Source of the DNA: Armatimonadota bacterium
Lineage (GTDB): Bacteria; Armatimonadota; UBA5829; DSUL01
Direction: 5' to 3'
Assembly: GCA_039811685.1 (NCBI GenBank)
Contig: JBDHZC010000001.1
Coordinates: 64,001 to 128,000, forward strand
DNA: 64,000 bases
Part shown: piece after piece, positions 18,393 to 27,798 of the stretch
Layout of the letters: each line of letters begins with the position of its first letter
How positions within the stretch are numbered: position 1 is the stretch's first letter
The notes under the pieces: generated by a model
Told to the model about the DNA's origin: nothing
Databases searched by the model: none
What the model saw: the letters and a program-made list of their open reading frames with translations, nothing else
Program-made: the position numbers and the translations under genes

Positions 18393-18423
18393 CCCTCCAG
18401 GTTTCCGAACCTGGGGGGATCGA

Positions 18424-19053
18424 AAACCGAAATTCCCGCAGCATCAAAAACTGAGGTGGCAGTAGGGTGCTCCCGCCGCCGCGGCTAGACCGCTTTCCTT
18501 TGTTAACAGGCCTACGGTTTTGGTTCCTGCTAGCGATTATGGCCTTGTTCTCAAGCGTTCCACTGCTGACAATCCTGGTGCTGACGGCTATCTCCCGCTG
18601 TTCCTTCGAGCCTATCACGTTCCTGATGGCGGGCGCCTATGCCCTGCTCTTGTTCGCTGTTCTTTACTTTGTCATGCCAAAATGGCTGGTCCTGTCGGCT
18701 GAGGGTCTGTGGATCGATCCGTCCAGGCCCGGCCCGCCTCAAATCCACGCCTGGGAAGATGTCGAATCCGTGAGATCTCGCACTCTCTGGACTGGAGAAA
18801 CCTGCGTGACGATTACGGGGAAAGGCGGGGTCCCGCGTCCAGGTCGCGCTCGCGCGGGTGCGCGCGAAGGCATAGCTCACCACTGCATGGGGAGGCGGTG
18901 GGCGTACACTATATGTATGACCAATGAAGCGGCCGCTCGCCTTCTGCAGGCGCTAGAGGCGGCACTGCCAGCATGATCTTCAGATGCTGCGGAAATGACG
19001 AGCCTCACCAGCGTCACGGATGACTGGAAACCGAAATTCCCGCAGCATCAGAA
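18424..19053. repeat. 23-bp exact direct repeat (18424-18446, 19028-19050) plus an imperfect inverted copy (18979-18996)
   Basis: AAACCGAAATTCCCGCAGCATCA occurs twice; TTCAGATGCTGCGGAAAT is a 16/18 reverse complement of 19036-19053. Confidence 0.85.
18467..18976 (+). CDS. two-TM membrane protein with PH-like C-terminal domain
   Basis: GAGGTGG RBS; two hydrophobic helices, then LVLSAEGLWI..IHAWEDVESV. Confidence 0.55.
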   Translation: MLPPPRLDRFPLLTGLRFWFLLAIMALFSSVPLLTILVLTAISRCSFEPITFLMAGAYALLLFAVLYFVMPKWLVLSAEGLWIDPSRPGPPQIHAWEDVESVRSRTLWTGETCVTITGKGGVPRPGRARAGAREGIAHHCMGRRWAYTICMTNEAAARLLQALEAALPA

Positions 19054-19297
19054 TACAGCCACAGCGCCAGTCACATCAGCGGTTACAAGCGGCTTGGGAA
19101 GCAGGGTGGACGGCGCGCGAAGCGCATGAGCAACGTGCCAGTCTAACAGGCTCCAAAAAAGAGGCTGTGCCGGTCTGAAGGGTCGGCCGCAGGAGCTTTC
19201 GCCCGAACGCCGATAGCGGCACACTGTGCCAGGTTTGCGCGAGCCGCTCCGGCGTGATACCATTGGATCAAGGAGGGTGGGCTGACAGGAGTACGCA

Positions 19298-20671
19298 ATG
19301 CGCAACACATCACGCCTGGGGCCATTGATAGCGCTGGCGAGTTCACTCGCCCTTCTGGCCTCCTTCATCTGCGGGAACGCCTGCGTTGCCTTCGGAGCAG
19401 CTGATACGCTGTGGGATTATCAGGCGGTGGACGGCAGCGGCTATGGCATTCATCCGAAGGTCTGGGCAGACGAGACCGATCCGGACAGCAGGATTGTTGT
19501 TGAGGGAGTTGCGCTCGCAGGCTATAACGAGATCCTCGATCCCGCCACACAGTACACAGCCTTTATTCAGGATGACACGAGCGATCGAGGGGGGATACAG
19601 GCCTGGACAGGCAAGTTTTTCTACGGGGATGCCCTGTGGAATCTTCTGCGAACGACAGACTACATTGACTTTGCCGCCGGCGACCGTCTGCGTTTGACCG
19701 GACTTATAGCGGACATGGGCCGGGGCAAGGTCGTCATGAACAACCGGGGCCATAGCGGCGCGCCCAATCTCGTGTGGCATGTTGAAATAATCGGGCATCC
19801 GGGGCTTCCCGACCCTCAGCTCATAGACAGCGTATCCGCTTGCAACTACTTCGATTCGGCCAGGGCAGGGGGCGGAGAGCTCTACCAGACGCGCCTCGTG
19901 ATGCTGCATGGAGTGCAGATTACAAATGGCGAATGGGGAGTCAACAAGCTTCTCACTATTGGGGATACGACTGGGCAGATCGGAATGCTGCTTTCGGCGA
20001 TGGGGGATTTCGGCCAGCATCCACAGCCACAGGGCCGCCTTAGCGTCATCGGCATTTTTGATCAGGAGGACGACCAGTCGCCTCCTTACTCCGACGGGTA
20101 CCGCATCTGGGTAAAGCGCGCCTCCGATATCAGCGTGGCTCTTGATGCCTGCCGGGAAGTGGCTGATGCGCCCACTGGAGAGCGGGTGGCGCTGGTGAAC
20201 AAGATCGTATCGCGCGCGTTCCCAGGCTACTTCTTTGTTCAGGACGAAGGGCGCGCGGGAGGAGTAAAGGTGCTGAGCGACCGCGCTGTCGTTCCGGGTG
20301 CAATTGTTGCCGTTGCGGGGATGGTGGTGGAAGAGAGCGGTGGCAAAGCTATCGAGGCGGAATATGTGTCTCAGACGGCTCTCCGGGAGAGGCCGCGGCC
20401 AATGGCTGTGCAGTGCTCCACCGCTTCTGGTGAGAAAGGCCTGGATGTCAGCGGGTTGCTGTTGAGGCTTGCGGGTACGGTCATCGAAGGTCCAGGTGCT
20501 GGTCAGTTGAGCTTGACGGATGGGTCAGCGGTGATCTATCTGCCAGACGCGGCGGCTTTCGGACTCACCTCCGGCGCCGTAGCAGATCTGGTGGGTGTGG
20601 CGGCAAAAGTGGACGGATTGCCCGCTCTTCTGCTGGCAGAATCCACGGACGTAAAGGTTGTGAGCCCGTGA
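19298..20671 (+). CDS. secreted hypothetical protein with tandem OB-fold-like repeats
   Basis: Signal peptide; repeated FIQDD..GG / FFVQDE..GG..V..G patterns. Confidence 0.65.
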   Translation: MRNTSRLGPLIALASSLALLASFICGNACVAFGAADTLWDYQAVDGSGYGIHPKVWADETDPDSRIVVEGVALAGYNEILDPATQYTAFIQDDTSDRGGIQAWTGKFFYGDALWNLLRTTDYIDFAAGDRLRLTGLIADMGRGKVVMNNRGHSGAPNLVWHVEIIGHPGLPDPQLIDSVSACNYFDSARAGGGELYQTRLVMLHGVQITNGEWGVNKLLTIGDTTGQIGMLLSAMGDFGQHPQPQGRLSVIGIFDQEDDQSPPYSDGYRIWVKRASDISVALDACREVADAPTGERVALVNKIVSRAFPGYFFVQDEGRAGGVKVLSDRAVVPGAIVAVAGMVVEESGGKAIEAEYVSQTALRERPRPMAVQCSTASGEKGLDVSGLLLRLAGTVIEGPGAGQLSLTDGSAVIYLPDAAAFGLTSGAVADLVGVAAKVDGLPALLLAESTDVKVVSP

Positions 20672-21348
20672 AGCTCCGGGACGGCTGCTCAACAGAGCGT
20701 GGCTTTACGCTTATAGAGTTGCTGGTAGTCATTGCTATCGTAGTAGTTTTGGCGGCACTGCTGTTCCCGGTCCTCGGACAGTCCAAGACGCGCGCCGTCG
20801 TAACGCGTGTGCAGTCTGATCTACGCCAGGCGGCCATAGCGATCGAGATGTACCAGGAAGACTGGCGAGGGCTTCCACCCGTGCGCTCTTGCTGTTCCGG
20901 AAGTGAGCGCTGGGACTACTACGAACTGCCCCACGAGCTGGTCACCCTGCACTACCTTGGGATACAGCGCTTTAGCGATCCCTTCAACCAGACAGCAGGT
21001 GATGACGGCCAGACGGCCAGACCCTATAAGTACCTGGCCGTCAACTGGGGATATTCCGCGAATCACAAGACGCACTTCACGATGTGGATTCCCCGCGACT
21101 ACCCTGCGTGTAACCAAAGCAGCCTCCTGTATTACGAGTTTGCGGGCCGTATCTACGCACTGGACGGCGGAGAAACCCGGCCGCAGGACCCGCCCATTCG
21201 CTGGGCCGTGTGGAGCGTCGGCCCTTCTGGCGATCCGGGTCTTGAAGAGACAGGTAACCGCCAGCTTCCCGCCCCGAGAAAAGAGTGGTATCCACTCAGC
21301 CGCAAAGGCGTAATTGTTCGCTTTGCTGATGGCCGCATGTCGCGGTGA
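20668..21348 (+). CDS. prepilin-type N-terminal methylation protein (GspG-like)
   Basis: [35 protein letters not shown]; 4-nt overlap with the upstream gene. Confidence 0.88.
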   Translation: MKLRDGCSTERGFTLIELLVVIAIVVVLAALLFPVLGQSKTRAVVTRVQSDLRQAAIAIEMYQEDWRGLPPVRSCCSGSERWDYYELPHELVTLHYLGIQRFSDPFNQTAGDDGQTARPYKYLAVNWGYSANHKTHFTMWIPRDYPACNQSSLLYYEFAGRIYALDGGETRPQDPPIRWAVWSVGPSGDPGLEETGNRQLPAPRKEWYPLSRKGVIVRFADGRMSR

Positions 21349-21719
21349 CTCTCGAGCTGACGGCGGGCACGATCTGAGAGAAATGGGGAGCGCTTCTCAC
21401 TATCCTGGTATCGTGGAACGGTTGAAGCTGTGGCTCTCTTGCAGCTGAGACGCCTCGGAAAGAGGATTCCTGAACAGCAACAGCGGCAGGATGTCGAAGT
21501 GATCTGTGCTTGTCCGCGCCGCCGCTTATTGTCTATTGGCTTACTTAATTGCACGGCCTGCTTCGATTGTGTATAAGAGTAGGCGATACCGCTGGAGCGA
21601 ATGGGCCTCATCGTGCATTCAGGCGGTTGCAGGTTCTTACGCCCGGTATTTGATTATCTCTTGACACGAGGGTTTGGATGCTTTCACCCGCAAGGCCCTC
21701 TTGAAAGGTCATCAACTCG

Positions 21720-22778
21720 ATGGTTCTGGACGAACTACTCCAACTTGCGGCGGACTCGCGCGCCTCTGACCTCTTCCTCAAGGGGGATGCTTCTCCCGCG
21801 CTCCGCATAGACGGTCATATTCGCGGGACTGACCTTCCGAAGCTCTCAGGCGATGAAGTTCGGGACATGGCCTACAACATCATGACTCCCGAGCAGATCG
21901 GAAGATTTGAGCGGCGTCACGAGATGGATCTCGCCTTCACGTTCAAAGACCTGGCGCGCTTCAGAGTCAACGTTTATCAACAGCGCGGCATGGTGGGGCT
22001 GGTGCTGCGTCTGATTCCGCTCAAGATTTACAGTCTGGAAGAGCTGCAGATGCCCGATATTATCGCCCAGATGACCAAGCTGCGGCAGGGGCTGATTCTG
22101 GTGACGGGTCCGACAGGCTCTGGGAAATCAACGACGCTGGCCGCAATGATTGACCTCATCAATCAGTCGCGCCCATCCAATATCGTCACCATTGAAGACC
22201 CCATCGAATTTGTCCACCCAGACAAGAAGTCCATCGTCAATCAGCGAGAGATCAGCATTGATACGGACTCCTTTACTGAAGCTCTCAAATACGTCGTGCG
22301 GCAGAGCCCAGACGTTATCCTGATCGGTGAGATGAGAGATGTGGAGACAATGAATGTGGCGCTGGCGGCAGCGGAAACAGGCCACCTGGTATTCTCGACA
22401 GTCCACACGACAGGCGCATCAGACACAATGGAGCGTATCATTAACATGTTCCCACCGCATCAAAAGCAACAGATCTGTCTGCGCTTGTCAACTTCATTGA
22501 TGGGTATCATCTCTCAGAGGCTTCTGCCGAGGAAGAACGCTGCCGGACGGGTCGCCGCTGTCGAAATTCTCACAGCGACACCAACAACCGTCAAGCTGAT
22601 TGAGGAAGGCCGCTCCGGGCAGTTGTACACCGCTATTGCAGAGGGCGGCTTCTACGGAATGCAGACTATGAACCAGTGCCTCGACCGCTTTTACAAGCAG
22701 GGATTGGTCAGCGAAGAGGAAGCGCTGGCCTCTGCGGGTAATGTTACAGAACTGAAGCAGATGCTGAGGCGACACTGA
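21720..22778 (+). CDS. PilT/PilU family type IV pilus ATPase
   Basis: ASDL, RFRVNVY, GPTGSGKSTT, TIEDPIEF, PDVILIGEMRD, ETGHLVFSTVH, GMQTM. Confidence 0.93.
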   Translation: MVLDELLQLAADSRASDLFLKGDASPALRIDGHIRGTDLPKLSGDEVRDMAYNIMTPEQIGRFERRHEMDLAFTFKDLARFRVNVYQQRGMVGLVLRLIPLKIYSLEELQMPDIIAQMTKLRQGLILVTGPTGSGKSTTLAAMIDLINQSRPSNIVTIEDPIEFVHPDKKSIVNQREISIDTDSFTEALKYVVRQSPDVILIGEMRDVETMNVALAAAETGHLVFSTVHTTGASDTMERIINMFPPHQKQQICLRLSTSLMGIISQRLLPRKNAAGRVAAVEILTATPTTVKLIEEGRSGQLYTAIAEGGFYGMQTMNQCLDRFYKQGLVSEEEALASAGNVTELKQMLRRH

Positions 22779-22910
22779 AGGCAACCGGACGTTCTTCCGA
22801 TATTGGATTAGTTTTTCCAGCCGTCTGTCTGCTGGACCTTTCGGCAGCTACTGTGTGTATGCGCGGTGCGCGGGCATCAGTTAGTCGATTTTGAAGGGAG
22901 GCTGAAGAGA

Positions 22911-23285
22911 TTGGACGCCGATCTCCAAATTAACTTGACTCAGGCAGGTCCGTTCCCCGTTCTGGACCTTGTTGGAGAGGTGGATGCTTACACCTGCTCC
23001 AGCTTCAGAGACGCAATGATAAAGGCTCTAAATGGGCAGAATACGTCGCTGATTATTTCGATGAACGGAGTGGAGTACATTGACAGCACGGGTCTTGGGG
23101 CGCTTGTCGGCGGACTGAAGCGCGCCAGCGAAAAGCATGGGCACATCTACATCGTGTGCACCAACCCGCAAGTCACAAAAGTCTTCGAGATCACCGGACT
23201 GATCAAGGTCTTTCCGGTCTATGCGACTGTCGAAGAAGCGTGCGAGTCGCTGAAGGCAGAGACTGCGTCCCGGGTGGAAGCCTAG
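22911..23285 (+). CDS. STAS anti-anti-sigma factor (RsbV/SpoIIAA-like)
   Basis: GEVDAYT, VEYIDSTGLGALV (phosphorylatable Ser), VFEITGL; TTG after GGGAGG. Confidence 0.92.
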   Translation: MDADLQINLTQAGPFPVLDLVGEVDAYTCSSFRDAMIKALNGQNTSLIISMNGVEYIDSTGLGALVGGLKRASEKHGHIYIVCTNPQVTKVFEITGLIKVFPVYATVEEACESLKAETASRVEA

Positions 23286-24611
23286 TTGGCGGAGGTGGAT
23301 CTGTCAAAAGTGAGAAAGCGCGGGCCACGTCCCGGCGCTTTCGTTGAAGACGACCGCGGGCTGAACGCGGAGGTTGACTGGCTGGCCTCGCAGGATAGCA
23401 GTCTGTTCCGCCAGTTGAGGGATGCGATGAACGGGATGGACGTGGCTTATGTCGCCACGTATCCACCGCGTGAATGTGGGATTGCCACTTTCACAAAAGA
23501 CCTCTCCTCTGCTATCGACAAGTTTATGCCGTTCGCGAACAAGATGATTATCGCCATGAGCAAGGGCGATGAGATCGAGCAGTATCCGCGTGACGTGCGA
23601 TTTCAGATTTTTGACCGCAGCCGTGACAGCCACACAGCCGGAGCTGATTTCATCAATGCTTCTTCGGCGAAGGTTGTCAGCCTGCAGCACGAGTTTGGCA
23701 TATTTGGTGGTCCGGACGGGGAGTACATCCTGGATTTCGCGGAGCGCTTGACGAAGCCATTCGTCATGACGATGCACACCGTGCTTTACAATCCAAGTCC
23801 GAATCAGAAACGCGTCGTACAGCGCCTGGCGGAGCTTGCGGGCGCTGTCGTGGTGATGGTGAAGCTGGGCGAGGACATCTTGCGTGAAGTCTATGACGTT
23901 CCCGCGGAGAAGGTCGCTTTGATCCCGCACGGAGTTCCGAATGTGCACCGGATTCCGGCCGAGCTTGTCAAGCGCGATCTGGGGCTCGCCGGTCATGAAG
24001 TTGTCTCGACTTTCGGCCTTATCAGCCGCGGCAAGGGCATCGAGTACGCGATTATGGCCATCGCCGAAGTGCGCAAGAAATTCCCGAATGTGCGCTATCT
24101 CGTGCTCGGGGAGACTCACCCCGGAGTGCGCCACATGGAGGGTGAGTCCTATCGCCAGAAGCTGTTGGACCTCCTGGACGAGTACGATCTGCACGACCAC
24201 GTGCGCTTCAACAACCGCTTTCTGACACTGCGAGAGCTTGTCCGGTATTTGTCAGCTACGGACGTCTACGTGACCCCGTACATCAACAAAGATCAGATAG
24301 TGTCCGGGACGTTGGCTTATGCGCTGGGCTGCGGCCGCGCCATTGTCTCGACAAAGTACCTTTTTGCCGAAGAAGTGCTTGCGGACGGCCGCGGTGTGCT
24401 GGTGGACTTCTGCGACCCCGCGCCGATGGCGCAGGCGATCATTGACATTTTGTCCAACGAGAGCTATCGCAGCGAGATGGAGTCTGCTGCGTACAAGTAT
24501 GGGCGCCGGGCGGCATGGTTTAACGTCGCTGTGGACTATCTTAGCGTCTTTCATCACGTCCTTGAGAACGCCCAGGCGCCGGCTATTCTGGAAGGCGCCG
24601 CGAAAGGTTAG
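23286..24611 (+). CDS. GT4 glycosyltransferase
   Basis: TYPPRECGIATF, QHEFGIFGG, IPHGVP, TFGLISRGKGIE, SGTLAYALG. Confidence 0.9.
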   Translation: MAEVDLSKVRKRGPRPGAFVEDDRGLNAEVDWLASQDSSLFRQLRDAMNGMDVAYVATYPPRECGIATFTKDLSSAIDKFMPFANKMIIAMSKGDEIEQYPRDVRFQIFDRSRDSHTAGADFINASSAKVVSLQHEFGIFGGPDGEYILDFAERLTKPFVMTMHTVLYNPSPNQKRVVQRLAELAGAVVVMVKLGEDILREVYDVPAEKVALIPHGVPNVHRIPAELVKRDLGLAGHEVVSTFGLISRGKGIEYAIMAIAEVRKKFPNVRYLVLGETHPGVRHMEGESYRQKLLDLLDEYDLHDHVRFNNRFLTLRELVRYLSATDVYVTPYINKDQIVSGTLAYALGCGRAIVSTKYLFAEEVLADGRGVLVDFCDPAPMAQAIIDILSNESYRSEMESAAYKYGRRAAWFNVAVDYLSVFHHVLENAQAPAILEGAAKG

Positions 24612-24618
24612 GGCTTCT

Positions 24619-25722
24619 GTGACCCCCGCAACTGCAACGGCGTCCAAAGGGCGCTACGTGATCGAGGGGAACTACCCCGAGATCACTCTGGATCATCTCG
24701 ATCAACTTACGGACCGCACCGGCATCATTCAGCACGCGATCTATTCCATTCCGAACCGGCGGACCGGTTACTGCACGGACGACAACGCCCGGGCGCTGAT
24801 TGTCGCCGTCTGCCATCACGACGCAACGGGCTCGCGAGAATCGCTGAGGCTGGTCAGCACCTATCTCAGCTTCTGCCACTACGCCAAGATTCCAAATGGC
24901 AAGTTTCACAATTTCATGTCCTTTGACCAGGTCTTTCTGGACGGAGAAGGCTCGGAAGATTGCCAGGGCAGAACTCTCTGGGCGCTCGGCCAGTGTCTGG
25001 CCGCCAAAATCCACGACAACGTAAAGGAGGTCGCTCGGAATCTGTTCCGGGACGCGCTCTGGGTGCCGGAAAGTCTGAGCTATCTGCGTTCACGATCTTA
25101 TGCGGCGCTGGGCCTGGCTCTCTATCTGCAGGCGCACCAGGAGGAAGAGGTCGCCGATGTTCTTCGGGCAATGGCGGACAGTATCGCTGACACCTTTGAA
25201 GTGAATGCCACTACCGACTGGGAATGGTTTGAGAATGGCCTGACATACTCCAATCCTCTCATGCCCCGAGCGCTGTTCATGGCGTATCAGGCTCTGGGGG
25301 ATGAGCGCTATCTTCAGATCGCCGAGCGCAGCTGGGCGTTCCTTGAGAAGCAGTGCGTGATTGACGGAATAGTCCAGATCATCGGATGTAACGGATGGTA
25401 TTATAAAGGGCGTGAGCGGGCGTGGTTTGACCAGCAGCCTATTGACGCAATGATGATGGTTCTCGGAGCGCTGGATGGTTTGAAGGCCACCGGCAATCCA
25501 CACTATCTTGATACCGCCAAGCTGTGCTTGGACTGGTTTATGGGCAAGAACGCTCTGGGCGTCCCGCTGCATGACCCGGTCACCGGCGGTTGCTTTGATG
25601 GGCTGGCTGCAACAGGCCGCAACGGCAATCAGGGCGCTGAATCTACTATCTCGGGCCTACTGACACAGATTATAATGGCGCCCTACATCAAGGACGGACA
25701 GTCTCTATTTGTTGAGAAATGA
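24619..25722 (+). CDS. six-hairpin glycosidase-like protein, usually fused C-terminally to GT4
   Basis: LTDRTGIIQHA, GYCTDDNARAL, SEDCQGR, WFE..LTYSN, FDQQP, GGCFDGL, NQGAEST; start GTG 24619 or 24658. Confidence 0.75.
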   Translation: MTPATATASKGRYVIEGNYPEITLDHLDQLTDRTGIIQHAIYSIPNRRTGYCTDDNARALIVAVCHHDATGSRESLRLVSTYLSFCHYAKIPNGKFHNFMSFDQVFLDGEGSEDCQGRTLWALGQCLAAKIHDNVKEVARNLFRDALWVPESLSYLRSRSYAALGLALYLQAHQEEEVADVLRAMADSIADTFEVNATTDWEWFENGLTYSNPLMPRALFMAYQALGDERYLQIAERSWAFLEKQCVIDGIVQIIGCNGWYYKGRERAWFDQQPIDAMMMVLGALDGLKATGNPHYLDTAKLCLDWFMGKNALGVPLHDPVTGGCFDGLAATGRNGNQGAESTISGLLTQIIMAPYIKDGQSLFVEK

Positions 25723-25744
25723 TGAAGGATTATCCAGGACTCAC

Positions 25745-26635
25745 GTGAAGCTGTTTGACGCACTGCAAAGCGGGCGGGTCATCGTCTCGGACGGCGCGAT
25801 GGGCACGATGCTCCAGATGCGCGGTCTCCCGGTGGGGGAGTTGCCGGAGCTCTGGAATCTGACTCATCCTGATGACGTTCGCGCGGTCCACTCAGCCTAT
25901 GTCGAAGCTGGCGCCAACCTGATATGCACCAACACTTTTGGCGGTGCGCGTATTCATCTTCAAAGAGCAGGGCAGGCTGACAGACTTGTAGAGATCAATC
26001 AGCGCGCAGTTGAAATTGCCAGAGATGCCTGCGCTGAGCGAGCAATGGTAGTCTGTTCCATCGGGCCGCTTGGCGAAATGTTGGAACCGTATGGCGACAT
26101 ATCCGAAGAAGACGCCGCTGCGCAGTTTTCTGAACAGGCCCAGGCTCTTTGCGCCGCGTCGCCAGATGCCATTTTGCTGGAAACTTTCTACGATATTGCT
26201 GAACTCAGAGTAGCCGCAACTGCTGTCGCGGGCGCCGGTCTGCCCGTTATGGCGTCAATGACTTTCACTCAGCACGGGCGCACCATAACGGGCGCTACTC
26301 CTCAGGCAGCCGCGGAAACGGCTGGGGAGCTCGGCTTTGTAGCTTTCGGCGCAAACTGCGGCACTGGTCCCGAACACGTTATTAGAGTCATTGAAGCCAT
26401 GGCGGCTACGGATCACCCACCTCTACTCGCGCAGCCCAATGCGGGCCTCCCTCAAACACAATCCGACGGAACACTTGTATACACTCAAAACCCGCAGGTA
26501 TTCGCGGAGTATGCGCCGAAGTTCCGGGAGGCAGGATGTGCTATAATTGGCGGCTGTTGTGGCAGTACGCCAGACCATATTCGATCTGTTCGGACCGCGC
26601 TTGAGCAGGCCGCCCACCCATTGCTGCAGGCATAA
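25745..26635 (+). CDS. homocysteine S-methyltransferase family protein (stand-alone MetH N-terminal domain)
   Basis: DGAMGT, TNTFG, GANCG, PNAGLP, IIGGCCGSTPDHI Zn ligands. Confidence 0.9.
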   Translation: MKLFDALQSGRVIVSDGAMGTMLQMRGLPVGELPELWNLTHPDDVRAVHSAYVEAGANLICTNTFGGARIHLQRAGQADRLVEINQRAVEIARDACAERAMVVCSIGPLGEMLEPYGDISEEDAAAQFSEQAQALCAASPDAILLETFYDIAELRVAATAVAGAGLPVMASMTFTQHGRTITGATPQAAAETAGELGFVAFGANCGTGPEHVIRVIEAMAATDHPPLLAQPNAGLPQTQSDGTLVYTQNPQVFAEYAPKFREAGCAIIGGCCGSTPDHIRSVRTALEQAAHPLLQA

Positions 26636-26653
26636 CCGGTTCCTGGAGGACAT

Positions 26654-27793
26654 ATGAACTTGCGCCAAACTCTCGCGCTGCTGTGTGTTGCGGCGAGCCT
26701 TCTGCTGGCTCCCGGTTGCGCGAAAAAGAGCAATGAGCCAGTTGTCGGGGTGTATCTGGCTCTGACCGGAAAACAGGCCGATTTCGGAATTACCACCAGG
26801 CAGGGTGTGGAGCTTGCCGCTGAAGAGATAAACAGCCGTCAGGGGATCAATGGCAAGAAGCTCAAGTTTGTATTTGAAGATGACCGGGGAGATCCTGCGG
26901 AAGCTCGGACGGCGGTCTCTAAACTCATAGATCAGGAAGGGGCAGTTGCGATTCTGGGAGACGTGGCAAGCAAGAACAGTATCGCAGCCGGGCAGGTGTG
27001 TCAGCAGCGCGAAATCCCGATGATCAGTCCGTCTTCCACAAATCCGCGTGTCACTCAGGACCGCCCCTACGTTTTTCGCGTGTGCTTCATCGATCCGTTT
27101 CAGGGATATGTAATGGCGAAGTTCGCTGCGGACAATCTGAAGGTCCACACGGCTGCTGTCCTGTGGGACAACAGTCAGGATTACAGCGTTGGGCTGGCAA
27201 AGGTGTTCCTTCAGGAGTTTCCGAAGATGGGCGGAAAGATCGTAGCGCAGGTGAACTATCAGAGTGACGATCAGGATTTCAGCTCTCAGTTGACCAAGAT
27301 TAGAGCCGCAAACCCGGACGTGATCTATGTGCCAGGATACTATAGTGAAGTGGCTCTTATCGCCCGCAAAGCCCGTGAGTTGGGTATCAAGGTGCCGTTG
27401 CTCGGCGGTGATGGCTGGACATCCCCAACACTGGTTCAAAGATCAGGAGGGGCGCTCTACGGCAGTTACATGAGCGATCACTACTCGGCAGAGTCGGAGA
27501 AACCAGCTGTCAAGCAGTTTGTAGAGGCTTTCAAGGCAAAGTTTCACACGGAACCCAACTCTCTGGCCGCGCTGGGCTACGACGCGACGTGGATTCTGGC
27601 GGATGCGATGAAGCGCGCAGGCGACTTCAAACCAAAGGATATCCGGGATCAGATCGCGGCGACCAGAGATTATCCCGGCGTCACCGGCAACATCACCATC
27701 AACAGTCAACGAAATGCTGTGAAGTCCGCAGTCGTGCTCAAAATTGGCAAAGACAGGCCGGAGTACTTCACGACCATAGACCCGCCTAAGTAG
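26654..27793 (+). CDS. livK: branched-chain amino acid ABC substrate-binding lipoprotein
   Basis: Lipobox LAPGC; ALTG, GINGKK, FRVCFIDPFQG, LGGDGW, ALGYDA. Confidence 0.88.
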   Translation: MNLRQTLALLCVAASLLLAPGCAKKSNEPVVGVYLALTGKQADFGITTRQGVELAAEEINSRQGINGKKLKFVFEDDRGDPAEARTAVSKLIDQEGAVAILGDVASKNSIAAGQVCQQREIPMISPSSTNPRVTQDRPYVFRVCFIDPFQGYVMAKFAADNLKVHTAAVLWDNSQDYSVGLAKVFLQEFPKMGGKIVAQVNYQSDDQDFSSQLTKIRAANPDVIYVPGYYSEVALIARKARELGIKVPLLGGDGWTSPTLVQRSGGALYGSYMSDHYSAESEKPAVKQFVEAFKAKFHTEPNSLAALGYDATWILADAMKRAGDFKPKDIRDQIAATRDYPGVTGNITINSQRNAVKSAVVLKIGKDRPEYFTTIDPPK

Positions 27794-27798
27794 CGTTA

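Noticed and set aside
16612..19053. tRNA-Leu-anchored integrative element
   Set aside because: The accessory patch lies at the tRNA 5' side; no integrase and no duplicated tRNA 3' end were seen
17227..19053. Integron attC sites or CRISPR array for the palindromes and 23-bp repeats
   Set aside because: RYYYAAC/GTTRRRY boxes are not in attC arrangement; only two direct copies 604 bp apart; no intI or cas genes
21349..21719. 370-nt intergenic region before the PilT/U ATPase
   Set aside because: No recognisable riboswitch, repeat or supported ORF
26423..27439. Long antisense ORFs (this one, 23304-24200, 51769-52740 and others)
   Set aside because: Shadow frames opposite well-supported genes, as expected at this GC content
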